Origin: Candidatus Dormiibacterota bacterium
GTDB taxonomy: Bacteria; Chloroflexota; Dormibacteria; Aeolococcales; Aeolococcaceae
DNA length: 64,000 nt
Direction of reading: 5' to 3'
Assembly (NCBI GenBank): GCA_963718525.1
Contig: OY970355.1
Span: 96,001 to 160,000 of the forward strand
The notes under the pieces are model-generated. The model was not told where the DNA came from. It ran no database searches and worked only from the letters and a program-made list of their open reading frames with translations. Within the stretch, counting starts at the first letter, position 1. Each line of letters opens with the position of its first letter. This document shows positions 1 to 10,267 of this stretch, piece by piece. The position numbers and the translations under genes were made by a program.

Positions 1-678
1 GATGGCCAGGACACGACCGTCGGAGACGACGGCGGCTCGGTCGCAGATCTGCTCCACCTCCCCGAGCAGATGCGAGTTCAGAAAGACCGCGCAGCCCCGA
101 TCGCGAAGGTGCCGGATGATCGTTCGGGTGTCGGCCCGGCCAACCGGGTCGAGCGCGGACGTCGGCTCATCGAGGATCACCAGCTCCGGGTGACCGAGCA
201 GCGCCACACCAAGTCCGAGGCGCTGCTGCATGCCCTTCGAAAACGTCTCCACCCGGGCATCGGCGTGGCCGCTCAGGCCGACGGTCGTGAGCGCTCCCGA
301 GATCTGTGCCGGCCAATCAGCGCGAGGAACGCCCGCGAGCCGGCAGTGGAGACCGAGGACCTCGGCAGCACTCAGCCACCCCTGGTAGCGGAAGAGCTCC
401 GGCAGATACCCCACGCGCCTTCGCGTGTCGCGATCCCCTGCGGGACGGCCGAGCAGCCACGCCTCCCCGCCGGTGGGCCGGCTGAGGCCGAGCAGCAACT
501 TCACGGCGGTCGTCTTGCCGCTGCCGTTCGGTCCGAGGAATCCGAATACCTCTCCTCGAGGCACGGCCATGGTGAGCCCGGCGAGCGCGACTGACGCACC
601 GTAATGCTTGGTGAGCTCGAGGGTGCGCACCGCCTCGCCATCCACCGGTGGCGGGGGCGGGGCCGCGCCGCGCGGCAT
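1..678 (-). CDS. ABC transporter ATP-binding protein (runs off left edge)
   Basis: Manual translation of minus strand: RTLELTKHYG...GEVFGFLGPNGSGKTT (Walker A); ATG overlaps the stop codon of the upstream anti-sigma gene. Confidence 0.9.
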   Translation of the reverse strand, partial: MPRGAAPPPPPVDGEAVRTLELTKHYGASVALAGLTMAVPRGEVFGFLGPNGSGKTTAVKLLLGLSRPTGGEAWLLGRPAGDRDTRRRVGYLPELFRYQGWLSAAEVLGLHCRLAGVPRADWPAQISGALTTVGLSGHADARVETFSKGMQQRLGLGVALLGHPELVILDEPTSALDPVGRADTRTIIRHLRDRGCAVFLNSHLLGEVEQICDRAAVVSDGRVLAI

Positions 679-1799
679 CAATGGGTCGTGCGGGCGATGC
701 CGAGCACCTGGTTCGAGGTCATCGTTCCGGCGACCGCATACACGACGCCATTGTGTTGCCAGACGACGGCGCTGCCCAGTCCTGTCGCGTCCCCGATGAG
801 CAGCCCGCGGGCGCCGTTGATGCTCACCGTCGAACCGGTGGCGAGGTCGACAGGGATCGGCACGGGGATGGTCTGCGTGGGATCGCCGATCGCGCGGATC
901 TCGGAAGCCACCCCCGCGGGAATACCGGGCACGCTCAGCAGGTAGGCCTCGAGTTGCCTGGCGGTCACACCGGTGGATGTCACCATCGGCACCCTTGACG
1001 CGACCACGACCACTGCTTCACCGGTCGGCACGGTGCCACCGTGGAGGAGGGTTGCGGGATCCACCCCGTAGGAGACCACCACGGCGGGCGAGATCAGGAC
1101 GGACAGGGTGCTGCCGTCCAGCCCGGCCGGCATTGCCGGCAACTGCCCCCCGGCTCGGGCAGCCGCCGCCCTCGCGAGGTCCGCGTTGAAGGTGAACGCC
1201 ACGACACCACCCGAGATGACGGCGAACTTCGCCACCGGAGAGGTCCCGGCGGGAAGATCCGCGACGACTGGCGCGCTGATACCTGCCGCGGCACCTGCGG
1301 CCGCGGCGTCGGGCTCGGCCTGGTAGGCGATCGTCGGCCCGCCATTGACCGTTCCATAGCTCGTGAGACCCGCGAGCGAGCGGACATCGGCCGCGGTGAC
1401 GGGGACGGCAGCAAGCTGGGTCGGCGTAAACAAGCTGAGGAAGTCCTGGGCCGCCCCGGTCGCAACCAGCAGGACGCTGGCCAGACCGGCGACGGCGACC
1501 CCTGTCAGGACGCGGCTGGTGCGCGCGCTTCGGGTCCGCAGCGGTTTCGCAGATCGCTGCGTGGTCGCGCCGGCTCCGGCAGCCTCACTGCCCGACAGGC
1601 GCGAGCGGGCCGCGGCCACGTCGACGACGGGATCGTTCGACGCCAGCAGTGCCTGGACCGCCGTGGCGTCGGTGCTCATGCGTTGCAGCCGCCCAGCACA
1701 GCGAGCGCACGACGCAACATGCGCACGGCTCGCCGCGTCCGCGGCAACCGGCTCGTCGAGTGAACGGCGCAGCGTGCCGTCAGACGGGTGCATCACCAA
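678..1799 (-). CDS. Putative anti-sigma factor (zinc-binding N-terminus, single TM, extracytoplasmic domain)
   Basis: HVASCARC (HxxxCxxC) motif, TM segment, directly downstream of ECF sigma. Confidence 0.8.
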   Translation of the reverse strand: MVMHPSDGTLRRSLDEPVAADAASRAHVASCARCAGRLQRMSTDATAVQALLASNDPVVDVAAARSRLSGSEAAGAGATTQRSAKPLRTRSARTSRVLTGVAVAGLASVLLVATGAAQDFLSLFTPTQLAAVPVTAADVRSLAGLTSYGTVNGGPTIAYQAEPDAAAAGAAAGISAPVVADLPAGTSPVAKFAVISGGVVAFTFNADLARAAAARAGGQLPAMPAGLDGSTLSVLISPAVVVSYGVDPATLLHGGTVPTGEAVVVVASRVPMVTSTGVTARQLEAYLLSVPGIPAGVASEIRAIGDPTQTIPVPIPVDLATGSTVSINGARGLLIGDATGLGSAVVWQHNGVVYAVAGTMTSNQVLGIARTTH

Positions 1800-2349
1800 C
1801 CTCCTTGCGAAAGCGCGCCTCCGCGCGCCGCAGTCGTGTTCCCACCGCGTTCACCCCGATGCCCAGAGCCGACGCCATCTCGGCGTAGCTCAAGCCGCTG
1901 TAGCGCAGGGCGAGGATCGTCGCGTGGCGCTCCGGGATCCGGGCCAGTGCGGCGCGCACGGCCCGGGTGGTCTCCGCCGCTTCGACGGCGGCCTCTGGAT
2001 CGTATGCCGGCGGTGGGTCCGTGGCATAGCGCTCCTCGCGCACGGCTCGCCGCCGGTTGCCGCGGATCACGTTCAATGCCGCGTGTGCCGCGGCGGTCCG
2101 CACCCAGGCGACCGCCTGGGCGCCGGGGCTGTCACCGAATCTGCGGTGGAGGTCGAGGAAGACCTCCTGGGCGACGTCTTCAGCCGCATCCGGATCACCC
2201 AGCACCCGCCGGGCGATCGCCGCGACCTTCGCGTACTCCTCGTCGAACAGCCTGTCGAAGCTCGTGGGCCGCACCCCCACCTCGGTCGAACGGGAGATTC
2301 CAGTCAACAACTGACGTCCGAAGGCAGGGATGGCGGAGAACTCGACCAC
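1780..2349 (-). CDS. ECF RNA polymerase sigma factor
   Basis: AEDVAQEVF region 2; LRYSGLSYAEMASALGI region 4. Confidence 0.92.
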   Translation of the reverse strand: MVEFSAIPAFGRQLLTGISRSTEVGVRPTSFDRLFDEEYAKVAAIARRVLGDPDAAEDVAQEVFLDLHRRFGDSPGAQAVAWVRTAAAHAALNVIRGNRRRAVREERYATDPPPAYDPEAAVEAAETTRAVRAALARIPERHATILALRYSGLSYAEMASALGIGVNAVGTRLRRAEARFRKEVGDAPV

Positions 2350-2434
2350 ATCATGTGAAGCACCGCGGGCCCCGGGTTTGTGACACCAAGCGCCGTAGTC
2401 GCGCCGGATGCGGCGGTGAGTACCCTTCCGCCTG

Positions 2435-3946
2435 ATGTCCGAAGCCCTGACTCATCGTCTGCGACGCATCACGCCCGGGCAGGTGCTGGTGACCTCTGCG
2501 TTCGTGGTGATCCTCTGCGTCATCGTGCGCAGGGGCGGTGACCCGGACATCTTCTGGCACCTCGTCACCGGCCAGTGGATGGTCGATCACCACCAGATCG
2601 TCTCGCACGATCTGTTCACGTTCACCGTTGCCGGCAAGCAGTGGATCGATCCCGAGTACACGACGGAGATCATCGCCTACCTGGTCTTCAAGGTTGGCGG
2701 TCTCACCCTCGTATCGCTCGCATTCGGCGCGGTGACCTTCATCGGGTTCCTGCTCATATGGCGCCGTGTGCGGCTCGAGATGGCCAACATGGTCGTCGCC
2801 GCAGTCGTCATCGGCATCGCGGGCCTGGCCGGCGCAGCGGTCTGGGGACCGCGTCCGCAGATGATCACCTTCACCTTCACCTGCCTCGAGTTGCTGTGGC
2901 TCGACAGGTATCTCCGCGGCAAGTCGCGGGCGATCTACTGGCTGCCTCTTGTGATGATCGCGTGGGCAAACCTGCACGGCGGGTTTCTCTTCGGTCTCGT
3001 GCCGGTTGGCGTCGCCGCGTTCGCCGAAGCCGTGCACTGGGCGCGTCGGGTGGACGGTGACCTGCACAAACGCCGAACCCGAAACCTCATCCTCGTGTTC
3101 GTCGGGTGCGTCGTCGCCGCTGCGGTGAATCCGAACGGGATCCACCTCTACGGGTACGTCATCCAACCGCAATTCTCCGGCGTGCAGCAGAGCTTCATCG
3201 CCGAGTGGCAATCGCCGAACTTTCACGTTCTCCAGGAACGCGGCTTCGAGCTGATGCTCCTCCTGGTCCCGATCGCATTCATCTTCCGCCGCCCCTCCCT
3301 GTGGGAGGTGTTGCTGACCCTGACCGTCTCCTACCTTGCGCTCTCCGCCGTGCGTCACTCCGCACTGTTCGTCGCAGCGGAAACGCCTTTGCTCATCTGG
3401 TCGTTCTCGGCGGGATGGGAGCGAATGGCACTCGCCGGCCATGTGCGCACGCGGACGGCTCGGTTGGGCAGAGACCTGGCCGTCGGTGCGGTCGCAGTCC
3501 TGGTCGTCGCCGTCCTCGGCACCGCGTATTTCGTGCATGGAACGCTGTCCAATCAGGCGCGCGCCACCGCGGCGAACTTCCCGGTGGGTGCGTCCGATTG
3601 GCTGGCGGCGCACCCGGCCGTCGGGACCCACATGTTCAATCAGTACGGGTGGGGCGGATACCTCATCGACCGCTTCTACCCGCAGACCAACCGGCGCGTG
3701 TTCTCCTTCGGCGAAGCGACGCTGCTCGGCACCACCGTGATGCAGCAGGTGGCCGACGTGGAAACCGGCAACTCGGATTGGCAGCAGATCTTCGCTGAGT
3801 GGAACATCGATTACGTCATCGATGTCCCGGGGGCTCCGGCGGTGCTGGCCCTGGAGGTCGATCCGCAGTGGACCAAGGTCTACGACGACGGGTTCGCCGT
3901 GATCATGGTGAAGAACTCAGAACTGGCTGCGGCCCCACACGGATAG
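2435..3946 (+). CDS. Polytopic membrane protein, GT-C glycosyltransferase-like
   Basis: DPDIFWHL, WANLHGGF and YGWGGYL motifs; many TM helices. Confidence 0.7.
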   Translation: MSEALTHRLRRITPGQVLVTSAFVVILCVIVRRGGDPDIFWHLVTGQWMVDHHQIVSHDLFTFTVAGKQWIDPEYTTEIIAYLVFKVGGLTLVSLAFGAVTFIGFLLIWRRVRLEMANMVVAAVVIGIAGLAGAAVWGPRPQMITFTFTCLELLWLDRYLRGKSRAIYWLPLVMIAWANLHGGFLFGLVPVGVAAFAEAVHWARRVDGDLHKRRTRNLILVFVGCVVAAAVNPNGIHLYGYVIQPQFSGVQQSFIAEWQSPNFHVLQERGFELMLLLVPIAFIFRRPSLWEVLLTLTVSYLALSAVRHSALFVAAETPLLIWSFSAGWERMALAGHVRTRTARLGRDLAVGAVAVLVVAVLGTAYFVHGTLSNQARATAANFPVGASDWLAAHPAVGTHMFNQYGWGGYLIDRFYPQTNRRVFSFGEATLLGTTVMQQVADVETGNSDWQQIFAEWNIDYVIDVPGAPAVLALEVDPQWTKVYDDGFAVIMVKNSELAAAPHG

Positions 3947-3950
3947 GGCC

Positions 3951-5351
3951 GTGACCGATCCCGTTCATCCGGCCGTTCGCGACGCTGCGCCGGCCGTGTT
4001 CTGGCTCGACGACCCACGCGCGCCCACGCCGCAACCGCCACTCGACCGCCACGTCGAGTGCGACCTCGCGATTGTCGGAGCGGGGTTCACGGGCCTGTGG
4101 TCGGCGCTGATCGCGAAACAGCGGAACCCGGCACTCGAGGTCGTCGTCCTCGAGGCACGGCACGCCGCGGCGGCTGCGTCCGGTCGCAACGGCGGATTCT
4201 GCGACGCAAGTCTCACGCACGGTTTTGCCAACGGCCTCAGCAGGTTTCCCGGCGAGATCGACACGCTGGAGCGGCTCGGCCTCGAGAACCTCGACGCCAT
4301 CGCGTCGACCGTGCGCGAGCATCACATCGACTGCGATTTCGAGCGAACCGGCATGATCGACGTGGCGACCGCGTCCTGGCAGTACGACGAGCTCGTGGCC
4401 CTTGCGGAGCAGATGCGCGCTCATGGATATCGCGTCGACGTTCTCGGTCCTGAAGCGATGCGCGCCCAGGTCGCATCGCCGTCGTATCAAGGCGGATTGT
4501 GGATCCACGATCGCACCGCCGTCGTCAATCCCGCACGGCTTGCCTGGGGCCTGCGCCGTCTCTGTCTTGACGCCGGCGTGCGACTCCACGAGGACACCCC
4601 GGTGGTACGGCTCCGCGCCGCGACGGAGCGGATGCAGCTGACCACCGATCACGGCGCCGTGTCCGCCCGGCGCGTGGCGCTCGCCACCAATGCCGATCGT
4701 CCGCTGCTTGCACGCCTGCGCCCGTTCATCCTGCCCGTGTATGACTACGTGCTCGTCACCGAGCCACTGACCCCCGCGCAAGTTGCGTCAATCGGATGGA
4801 CAGATCGCCAGGGTGTCGCGGACAGCGGGAATCAGTTCCACTACTATCGCCTGACGGCAAACTCTCGGATTCTCTGGGGCGGCTACGACGCGATCTATCA
4901 CTTCGGGAATCGTGTTGACGTCGAGCTCGAGCAGCGTGGCGCGACCTTCGACAAGCTCGGACACCACTTCTTCGCCACGTTCCCGCAACTGGACGGCGTG
5001 CGTTTCACGCATCGATGGGGCGGTGCGATCGACACGTGCAGCCGCTTCTGCGCCTTCTGGGGGATGAGCCACCAGGGGCGGGTCGCGTATGCCCTTGGAT
5101 ACACCGGGCTCGGAGTTGGGGCGTCACGCTTCGGCGCCCAGGTGATGCTCGATCTCCTCGAGGGACGGCGCACCCAGCGCACCGCGTTGCGCATGGTTCG
5201 CACCCGTCCCCTGCCCTTCCCGCCCGAGCCATTCCGCTACGGCGTGGTCCAGTTGACGCGCTGGTCGCTGGACCGCGCCGACCGCGACCAGGGACGTCGC
5301 AATCCCTGGCTCAGGGCGCTTGACGCCGCCGGTCTCGGCTTTGACTCTTAA
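3951..5351 (+). CDS. FAD-dependent oxidoreductase (DAO/PuuB-like)
   Basis: IVGAGFTGLW dinucleotide motif, ASGRNGGF, GYTGLGVG. Confidence 0.88.
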   Translation: MTDPVHPAVRDAAPAVFWLDDPRAPTPQPPLDRHVECDLAIVGAGFTGLWSALIAKQRNPALEVVVLEARHAAAAASGRNGGFCDASLTHGFANGLSRFPGEIDTLERLGLENLDAIASTVREHHIDCDFERTGMIDVATASWQYDELVALAEQMRAHGYRVDVLGPEAMRAQVASPSYQGGLWIHDRTAVVNPARLAWGLRRLCLDAGVRLHEDTPVVRLRAATERMQLTTDHGAVSARRVALATNADRPLLARLRPFILPVYDYVLVTEPLTPAQVASIGWTDRQGVADSGNQFHYYRLTANSRILWGGYDAIYHFGNRVDVELEQRGATFDKLGHHFFATFPQLDGVRFTHRWGGAIDTCSRFCAFWGMSHQGRVAYALGYTGLGVGASRFGAQVMLDLLEGRRTQRTALRMVRTRPLPFPPEPFRYGVVQLTRWSLDRADRDQGRRNPWLRALDAAGLGFDS

Positions 5352-5478
5352 TGCGTTCAAAAGGTTAAGAAGTCCCTAAAAACTTCATGGCGTGTACTAT
5401 CCGGGGCATGAAGGAACGCCGTTCAGCCGCACTCGATCCGCTGCCCGACCGCTCCATCCGCGGCCGCCGCTTGAGCGC

Positions 5479-7749
5479 ATGACCAGCCGGGCCTTCGCGT
5501 CGATCGGGAACTTCTCGGTTCGATTCCGCTGGCCGATCGTGATCGGGTGGGTGTTGATCACGATCGTCTCGGTCAAGGCCTTCCCCGGCCTCTCCGACGT
5601 GGCCAAGGATTCGCAGAGCAGCTTTCTCCCCGCCAGCTCACCATCGGTGCAGGCGGAGAACCTCGCGCAGCCGTTCCAGAACTCGAAGCAGGGCATCGCG
5701 ACCCTCGTCGCCGCGCGAGAGAGCGGCGTGCTCACGGCGTCGGACCTGCAGGAGATCAGCACACTCGAAGCGCGGATCCGGGGCCTCTCCGGGGTGACAC
5801 ACGTGCAGGACTTCGGGCTCTCTCCCGACAAGCATGCGGAGCAGGCTCAGGTGGTCACCGACCTGCCGCCCTTCAGCGCGGGAACCGAGGCGATCACCCT
5901 GGTCAAAGCCATCCGCGCGACGTTTCCCAGCGACGCGTCCGGCCTTCAGGTTCACCTCACGGGAACGATCCCCGGATTCGTCGATCAGCAGAGTCAGTCG
6001 AAGAGCTCGCAGGGCTCCGTGCAGGAATTTTCGCTGCTCTTCATCATCGTCCTGCTGCTGATCGCGTTTCGGGCGTTGCTCGCGCCGCTGATCACCCTCC
6101 TGCCCGCCGCGCTCGTGCTTGCCCTTGCCAGCCCGGTCATCGCCGGAGCAACCCACTTGGGGGTGCAGGTGTCGGCGATCACGCAATTCATCCTCATCGT
6201 TCTCGTGCTCGGAGCGGGAACCGACTATGGCCTGTTCCTCGTCTTCCGAATGCGCGAGGAACTGCGCCGAGGCCTGGAGCCCAAGGACGCGGTTCGCCGT
6301 GCGGTGGCGACGGTCGGGGAGTCGATCACGTTCAGCGCGCTCATCGTGATGGCAGCGCTGATGTCGCTGATCATCGCGCAGTTCAGCTTCTATCAGGCGC
6401 TCGGTCCCGCGCTCGCGATCGGCATCGCACTGATGCTCATCGCGGGTCTCACACTCCTTCCTGCCCTGCTCGCGATCTTCGGACGCGCAGTCTTCTGGCC
6501 GTCACGTGCCCGGCTCGACGAGAACCCGCGCGCAAACATCTACGGCCGCATCGCCGCCGTCGTGGTTCGCCGTCCGATGCCGGTCGCGGTCATCGGTACG
6601 GTCATCTTCGGAGCGATCGCCTTCGGACAGCTCGGCACCACCACCGCCGGATTCGCCGACCAGTCAGCTCCGACCGGCACCAACTCGGCTGCCGGTGACA
6701 CGCTCATCGCCGAGCATTACGGCAGCGCGAACCTGAACGCGACCGAGTTCCTCTACAAGTTCGGTACGCCAATCTGGACCCACGCTGACGATCTGCAGAC
6801 GATCCAGACGGCGCTGCAGTCGGGCGGCGGTTTCGCCACGGTCGAGGGACCGCTTGCATTCTCCGGTCAGGCATTGACGCCGGCGGCACTGGTAGCCATC
6901 CACGAGCACGGCAGCACGCTCGCCACCGAGGCGCTTTCGCGTTTCGTCAGTCCGGACGGCCGCACCGTTCAGTACATCGGCGTCGAGCAGGGTGGGGCTG
7001 CCGCACCGATCAAGGCCATCCCCGCGCTCCGCACGCTCGCCGACCGTTCCGGTGCCGAAGTGCACACCGTGGCCCAGGGTGTCTTCGGCATCCAGCCCTT
7101 CGCGTATGACGTGAATCAGCTGTCCTCATCGGATCTCTGGCACATCATCCCCGTGGTCGCCGTGCTGATCGCCATCCTGCTCGCGATCGTCATGCGCAGC
7201 CTGGTCGCGCCGTTCTACCTGGTCACGAGTGTTCTGCTCTCTTATCTCGCGGCGCTCGGACTGACCGCGCTGATCTTCGTCCACTTCGGCGGTCAGAGCG
7301 GCATCAACTTCGTGCTGCCGTTCCTGATGTTCGTCTTCCTCATGGCCCTGGGGTCGGACTACAACGTGCTGGTCATGACACGAATACGTGAGGAGTCGCA
7401 TCACCTTCGGACCGGTGAGGCGGTGCGCAGAGCGATCGGTGCCACCGGCACCACGGTCACCACCGCGGGCCTCATCCTCGGTGGCACGTTCGCCGTGCTC
7501 GCTTTCGCCGGCGGCGGCGCGTCAGGCGGATCCCAGATTCAGCAGATCGGCTACGGCGTGGCCTTCGGTGTGGTGATGGACACGTTCGTGGTACGCACCA
7601 TCCTGGTTCCTGCAATCGTCGTGCTGCTGGGGCGGCGCAACTGGTGGCCGTCAGGTCTGTGGCGCCAGGGCGAACCGGCGCTCACCCCCGCCCTGACCCC
7701 ACCCGCGCCGGAACCGACACCGCCGCTGCAGACGACATCAACCCGTTAG
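5479..7749 (+). CDS. MMPL family RND transporter
   Basis: GAGTDYGLFL and ALGSDYNVL motifs in two repeated membrane halves. Confidence 0.92.
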   Translation: MTSRAFASIGNFSVRFRWPIVIGWVLITIVSVKAFPGLSDVAKDSQSSFLPASSPSVQAENLAQPFQNSKQGIATLVAARESGVLTASDLQEISTLEARIRGLSGVTHVQDFGLSPDKHAEQAQVVTDLPPFSAGTEAITLVKAIRATFPSDASGLQVHLTGTIPGFVDQQSQSKSSQGSVQEFSLLFIIVLLLIAFRALLAPLITLLPAALVLALASPVIAGATHLGVQVSAITQFILIVLVLGAGTDYGLFLVFRMREELRRGLEPKDAVRRAVATVGESITFSALIVMAALMSLIIAQFSFYQALGPALAIGIALMLIAGLTLLPALLAIFGRAVFWPSRARLDENPRANIYGRIAAVVVRRPMPVAVIGTVIFGAIAFGQLGTTTAGFADQSAPTGTNSAAGDTLIAEHYGSANLNATEFLYKFGTPIWTHADDLQTIQTALQSGGGFATVEGPLAFSGQALTPAALVAIHEHGSTLATEALSRFVSPDGRTVQYIGVEQGGAAAPIKAIPALRTLADRSGAEVHTVAQGVFGIQPFAYDVNQLSSSDLWHIIPVVAVLIAILLAIVMRSLVAPFYLVTSVLLSYLAALGLTALIFVHFGGQSGINFVLPFLMFVFLMALGSDYNVLVMTRIREESHHLRTGEAVRRAIGATGTTVTTAGLILGGTFAVLAFAGGGASGGSQIQQIGYGVAFGVVMDTFVVRTILVPAIVVLLGRRNWWPSGLWRQGEPALTPALTPPAPEPTPPLQTTSTR

Positions 7750-7772
7750 CGACCGAGCCAAAGGACGAAACC

Positions 7773-8552
7773 ATGAGTGCCACCACAGATTTGCAGACCG
7801 CGCTGCGCTCGTCGCATCGCCGCCTCCAGGATGCGACGCGTCCACTGTCGGACGAAGAGATCGCGGGTCCGTCGTACTGCAGGGACTGGTCGACAGCGCA
7901 GGTGCTGTCGCATATCGGCAGCGGCGCGCAGATCTTCGGACTCCTGCTCGACGCCGGGCTCGACGGCGCCGAGTCCCCCGGCCGCGAGGAATTCGCAAAG
8001 ATCTGGGACGTCTGGAACGCGATGACCCCAACCGACCAGGCGCGCAACAGCGTCAGCGCCGACGCGGCGTTCCTGGACCGCGTCGCAGCCGTACCCGCGG
8101 ATGAGCTCGACGCCATGCAGATGACCCTGTTCGGAGGCCCGGCGGACGCCACCAGGTTGCTTGGGATGCGCCTGTCCGAGCATGCGATCCACACCTGGGA
8201 CGTCATCGTCATCCGTGACCCGGATGCCGAGGTCGCCGGCGACGCCGTCTCGTGGATGGTCGACTGGCTCGACCCCGTCGCGCGTCGCTCGGGGAACACG
8301 CAGAGTGGACCGCTCGACGTCGATATCACGACCACCGACCCCGCTCGGGCGTTCCGGCTCTCGGTGTCGGACACGGTGAAGCTCCTTCCAGCCGGCTCGG
8401 ACATGCCGCGCGCGTCGGCGACGGTGCGGATGCCCGCGTCAGCCCTGGTCCGGCTCGTCTACGGCAGGCTGGACCCAAAGCACACGCCTGCCGCGGTCGA
8501 GGCCGACGGGATCGAGCTGGACACGCTGAGGAGCATCTTCCCGGGGTTCTGA
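7773..8552 (+). CDS. Maleylpyruvate isomerase family mycothiol-dependent enzyme (MDMPI/DinB-like)
   Basis: PSYCRDWSTAQVLSH and EHAIHTWD motifs. Confidence 0.85.
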   Translation: MSATTDLQTALRSSHRRLQDATRPLSDEEIAGPSYCRDWSTAQVLSHIGSGAQIFGLLLDAGLDGAESPGREEFAKIWDVWNAMTPTDQARNSVSADAAFLDRVAAVPADELDAMQMTLFGGPADATRLLGMRLSEHAIHTWDVIVIRDPDAEVAGDAVSWMVDWLDPVARRSGNTQSGPLDVDITTTDPARAFRLSVSDTVKLLPAGSDMPRASATVRMPASALVRLVYGRLDPKHTPAAVEADGIELDTLRSIFPGF

Positions 8553-8580
8553 CCCGAGCTCCTACGGCTCGTGTCAGGGG

Positions 8581-9366
8581 CTACGGCCGATCATCCTCCG
8601 GGTAGCTGCGACGGCTCCGCGCAAGCATCGCGACGGCGATGATGATCAGCACGGTCATGCCGAGGGCAACGATGCCGGAGCCCCAGTTCAGGCCGCCGCG
8701 AGCGTGCGACACCCCGAGCCAATCCGCGTACGACGCGCCAAGGGGCCTGGTGAGGATGTATGCGAACCAGAACGCGAAGATCGCGTTCAGGCCGAACCAC
8801 CTGTGCGCCACCGCCGGTATCGCGATCAGCACCGTGAACACGAGGCCGGAGACGAAGAAGCCGAGGTGGAAGGTCGTCGCGGTCATGTCGCCCACGGCGG
8901 TACCCAGCGCGAAGGTCGCCATGACGGTGAGCCAGTAGAACGCCTCGCGACGTTGCGTGTTGATGGTGTGAATGGAGAGCGTGTGCTCGCTCGAGTACCA
9001 GATCAAGAAAACCGCGGTGAGCACGACCGCGAAAAAGATGCTCGAAACGAAATAGGGAATCCCGAGCTGAATGTGCAGAACGTCGGCGGCCATGGTGCCG
9101 AAGATTGCGACCATCACGACCGCGAGCCAGTAGATCCAGGGTTGATACCGGGGCGCCGCGAATTGGATCGCCAGGGCGATGACCAGCCCGACAAACCCGA
9201 GCATGACGGCGACAACAGGTGGGAGCTGGTGCACCAGTGTGTCGGAGGTCGCCTCTCCCATGCCGGTGGTCAGCACCTTTGTGATCCAGAAGCCTATGGT
9301 GACCTCGGGCACCTTGCGGAGCAGACGGCGCTGAACCGCGGGAAATCGGCGAAGATCCATCACCAT
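8581..9366 (-). CDS. COG4705/DUF347 family membrane protein
   Basis: KVPEVTIGFWITKVLTTGMGE, TFALGTAVGD, ILTRPLGAS. Confidence 0.88.
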   Translation of the reverse strand: MVMDLRRFPAVQRRLLRKVPEVTIGFWITKVLTTGMGEATSDTLVHQLPPVVAVMLGFVGLVIALAIQFAAPRYQPWIYWLAVVMVAIFGTMAADVLHIQLGIPYFVSSIFFAVVLTAVFLIWYSSEHTLSIHTINTQRREAFYWLTVMATFALGTAVGDMTATTFHLGFFVSGLVFTVLIAIPAVAHRWFGLNAIFAFWFAYILTRPLGASYADWLGVSHARGGLNWGSGIVALGMTVLIIIAVAMLARSRRSYPEDDRP

Positions 9367-10267
9367 GCTGGAGCTTAATCACCTCAGCAAGCGGTTCGGA
9401 TCGCTCGAGGCTCTCCACGATCTCAGCTTCACCGTAAGCGAGGGTGAGATCTTCGGCTTCGTCGGAGCCAACGGCGCGGGCAAAACCACCGCGATGCGGG
9501 TGGTTCTCGGTGTCCTCGAAGCCGATTCCGGGAGCGTGAGCTGGGACGGCTCGCCGATCACCTTCGCGGCCCGGCGGCGCATCGGCTATATCCCAGAGGA
9601 TCGCGGGCTGTATCCGAAGATGCCCGTGATCGCGCAGCTCCAATACTTCGGACAGCTGCACGGGCTCAACCGGAGAGCCGCTCGCGAAGCGTCGACCGCG
9701 TTGCTCGAGCGGCTCGGACTCGCCGATCGAGCCAAGAGCCAGCTTCAGAGCCTCAGCCACGGCAACCAGCAACGGGTGCAGCTCGCCGCGGCCCTGGTGT
9801 TCGCGCCCGACCTGCTCGTCTTCGACGAGCCGTTTGCAGGTCTGGACCCGGTGGCCGTCGATGTGATGACCGACGTGCTGCGGTCGGAAGCTGATGCGGG
9901 GAAGCCTGTCGTCCTCTCGAGCCACCAGCTGGATATCGTCGAGCGGGTCTGTGACCGCGTCGGGATCATCAACCACGGACGGATGGTCGCCACCGGAACC
10001 GTCGCGGAGCTGACCGACCGCGGGCCGTTGCGCTTCTGGGTGGACGTTCCCGGCGCAGTCGCCCGCTGGTATGGCGACGTCCCCGGTGTGACGCTGGTCG
10101 AGCAGGACGGCTCGCGCTGGCTGCTCGAACTCGCCGACGGTGCGAGTGAACAGGCGGTGCTGCGGAAGGCCCTGACACTCGGCCCGGTGCACGAGTTCCG
10201 TCGCGATCGACCGGCGTTGACGCAGTTGTTCCGCGACGTCATGAGTGGGACGGCGATCAATGGATAG
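9365..10267 (+). CDS. ABC-2 transporter ATP-binding protein
   Basis: GANGAGKTT Walker A, LSHGNQQ signature, FDEP Walker B. Confidence 0.92.
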   Translation: MLELNHLSKRFGSLEALHDLSFTVSEGEIFGFVGANGAGKTTAMRVVLGVLEADSGSVSWDGSPITFAARRRIGYIPEDRGLYPKMPVIAQLQYFGQLHGLNRRAAREASTALLERLGLADRAKSQLQSLSHGNQQRVQLAAALVFAPDLLVFDEPFAGLDPVAVDVMTDVLRSEADAGKPVVLSSHQLDIVERVCDRVGIINHGRMVATGTVAELTDRGPLRFWVDVPGAVARWYGDVPGVTLVEQDGSRWLLELADGASEQAVLRKALTLGPVHEFRRDRPALTQLFRDVMSGTAING

